DNA of 64,000 nucleotides from Fibrobacteria bacterium. Lineage in GTDB: Bacteria; Fibrobacterota; Fibrobacteria; UBA11236. Location of the stretch: contig JAYTSD010000046.1 in the NCBI GenBank assembly GCA_043745805.1, positions 63,560 through 127,559 of the forward strand, given 5' to 3'. The position numbers were made by a program, and so were the translations under genes. Below are positions 62,232-64,000 of this stretch, in pieces; within the stretch, counting starts at the first letter, position 1, and each line of letters opens with the position of its first letter. Below the pieces are notes generated by a model, which was not told the origin of the DNA, did not search any database, and saw only the letters and a program-made list of their open reading frames with translations.

Positions 62232-62363
62232 CAAAGCCGATCAACCTGTCTGTGCGCGGCTGTCACGCCGCTTGTTTACGCAATCGTCGCGCCAGTTCAC
62301 TTCAGCCTTCAACTTTCCAGTTGAAAGCTTCGTCCGTGCTCGCAGGTTATCGGCGTGTTATAC
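62226..62363 (+). repeat. attC-like integron recombination site 2
   Basis: R'' GTTTAAC contains the antitoxin stop codon; GCCGATcAACCTG pairs with CAGGTTATCGGC leaving one extrahelical base; R' GTTATAC. Confidence 0.88.
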
Positions 62364-62714
62364 GGGTGTAGATCTTGGGCAAATTTAGAAACGTTTAGGT
62401 TACCTTTCTTCTAAAATCATGTACGATGTGTTGCGATTCCCGTACAACAAAATCAATTAGTACCATCTCATTGAATTATTTTATCGAGCAAAGCGAGATT
62501 TTTTTAATCGCCGAAAAATCACTTTTTATGATTTAAAAAAAATCCAAATTCCTACAATTAATAAATCGCTATAGGTTTAATGAAGATCTGTCGCCGCATA
62601 AAGTTCGCGTTCCGCTCACTCTATACGGACAAAATCATTTTTGGCTAAATTTGAAACATTTTGAAGAATGAGTGTGTGAACCAACAAATATAGGTGTTTA
62701 ACCCGCCAAAAACG

Positions 62715-62743
62715 TTGACAATGAATATACATGAATTTATCAT
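62715..62743 (+). promoter_or_regulatory. Sigma70 promoter of TA module 2
   Basis: TTGACA-17 bp-TATCAT. Confidence 0.7.
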
Positions 62744-62749
62744 AGATCA

Positions 62750-63016
62750 ACGAGAATTTTGTGGGATGAGGAAAAGAATCAGAAATCGATTGCAGAAAGA
62801 GGTATCAGCTTTGGGGAAGTCGCTGCGTGTATTCTGAAAGATGAAGTATTAGATGTCATGAAAAATCCAGTTCGGTCAGGGCAATTTTATTTCATAATGA
62901 AGTTAAAAGACTACACTCACGTAGTTCCATTCGTCATTAATGAGAACGAAGAAATTATTCTAAAAACAGTTTTCCCAAATAGAAAGCTTCACAAAAAATT
63001 CGGAGGAAAAGAATGA
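62750..63016 (+). CDS. BrnT-like toxin; homologous start codon reads ACG (TTG at 62759 is the alternative)
   Basis: (T)RILWDEEKN...RGISF...NPVR..Q...VVPFV....ILKTVFPNRK. Confidence 0.8.
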   Translation, partial: TRILWDEEKNQKSIAERGISFGEVAACILKDEVLDVMKNPVRSGQFYFIMKLKDYTHVVPFVINENEEIILKTVFPNRKLHKKFGGKE

Positions 63017-63318
63017 AACCTAAAATCAAATTAGATGCTTTCGAGAAAAGTATTGAAAACCAAATCGGCAAATTTGTACCAGTCTCGGAAAAAGAAAAAA
63101 ATCGCATTTATTCAATCATAGACAAAGCCAAAAAGAACATTAGTATCAGCCTGAGAATAAATAATTATGACTTAGGTAAAATTAAAGAGAAGGCTGATAA
63201 AAATGGTTTACCTTATCAAACATTGATAACAACCGTTTTGCACAAGTATATAAATGAAGAGTACTTTGAAAAAAATGAAGTCATAAAAACGCTGAGAGTA
63301 TTAAAAAACGCAGCTTAG
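63013..63318 (+). CDS. BrnA/CopG-like antitoxin
   Basis: Paralog of 61908-62231; ISLRI..DL..IKEKA...GLPYQTLI; ATGA overlap with toxin. Confidence 0.88.
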   Translation: MKPKIKLDAFEKSIENQIGKFVPVSEKEKNRIYSIIDKAKKNISISLRINNYDLGKIKEKADKNGLPYQTLITTVLHKYINEEYFEKNEVIKTLRVLKNAA

Positions 63319-63355
63319 TTTAAGCAGATTTAAAATGTTTAAGGTCACAACTTGA

Positions 63356-63481
63356 CACGGATGGACATACTATGAAATCAACAAAGTGAAAATGGAAGGC
63401 AAATTGGGTGCAAAACCTTTGCGTGAACAAATTCCTGTAAAGTTGGTTGAACAACATATTGTGGAATATTATTCCAAGTAA
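63356..63481 (+). pseudogene. rpsD: 3' remnant of a ribosomal protein S4 gene
   Basis: YEINKVKMEGKLGAKPLREQIPVKLVEQHIVEYYSK* matches the S4 C-terminus; in-frame stop at 63353 upstream. Confidence 0.75.
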
Positions 63482-63524
63482 TAAATTTGATAATGACGAG
63501 GTGTAAACTTCAGTGTTACGGTTT

Positions 63525-63553
63525 AAAAGGGCTCTCGCAAGAGAACCCTTTTT
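63525..63553 (+). terminator. Intrinsic terminator
   Basis: AAAAGGG.TCTC-gcaa-GAGA.CCCTTTTT. Confidence 0.75.
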
Positions 63554-63784
63554 TATTTGCAAGCTTTTTATAATGTGGGTAATCCTCTCACTACGGCTTC
63601 ACAGTATTTGTGGTTTGTAGAGGCGTATAGCAATAGGAGACATCCTCTTATAAATCTTTCAATTTTATTTTTACATTCATCGCAATAAAACAAAATCATT
63701 TGATTTATCTTTAAATAACTAAGGCTTTCTGAGTTATTTCGTGGCGCTGAGATAGTATTTACCTAAAACAAAGGAATATCATTA

Positions 63785-64000
63785 ATGCCAAAAACATCCA
63801 CTGTTCATCGCTGCCCTTGGACTGATTTAACAAAACCTGATTATGTCGAGTATCATGATAAAGAATGAGGCGTTCCTCTGCATGATGATCAAACCCTTTT
63901 CGAATTCCTCATTTTGGAAGGCGCGCAAGCAGGATTAAGTTGGTATACCGTTTTACGCAAGCGTGAAAATTATCGATTAGCGTTTGATCATTTTGATGCC
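63785..64000 (+). pseudogene. tag: DNA-3-methyladenine glycosylase I with TGA at the conserved Trp; runs off the window
   Basis: RCPW...YHDKE*GVP..DD..LFE.LILEGAQAGLSW.TVL.KRENYR.AF. Confidence 0.88.

Noticed and set aside
61111..62363. The two long repeats as a CRISPR array
   Set aside because: Repeats are ~137 bp, separated by ~1 kb containing genes, and no cas genes are present
62439..62448. CCCGTACAAC, a near-complement of GTTATACGGG at attC2, as a third R'' box
   Set aside because: Not followed by the palindromic attC body; one mismatch in 10 bp could be chance
63866..63868. TGA=Trp recoding (genetic code 4)
   Set aside because: TGA terminates several genes here (e.g. pyrH, hemC, the ABC exporter) and other Trp codons are TGG

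Overview
AT-rich bacterial chromosome segment, probably FCB-group and most likely Fibrobacterota. This is inferred from the rplM-rpsI-rpsB-tsf order, a group II GGGPS gene, T9SS-like C-terminal tails and tandem 'AYFF' outer-membrane proteins. Positions 1-55,700 are mostly housekeeping: three paralogous OMPs, an ABC exporter, ilvBN, radC, tpx, a ccsA-hemACDL heme operon, dnaX, Hsp33, two-component and chemotaxis genes, a Moco/cysteine cluster, purB, alaS-GGGPS, rplM-rpsI-rpsB-tsf-pyrH-frr-uppS-cdsA-dxr-rseP, purD, a histone-H1-like protein and a Ser/Thr kinase. The last ~8 kb is an accessory hotspot. It holds a complete 4,666-bp cargo-carrying transposon (56069-60734) with 17-bp IS903-like TIRs, a perfect 9-bp target duplication and a SWIM-Zn-finger + DDE transposase. 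The element splits a 125-aa gene in frame, and that gene sits at the head of an integrase-less array of two attC-like sites with two BrnT/BrnA-like TA modules whose toxins both look disabled. An rpsD 3' remnant and a nonsense-mutated tag gene follow. Other oddities are an A11 slippage site in dnaX and an ATA start codon in rpsI.
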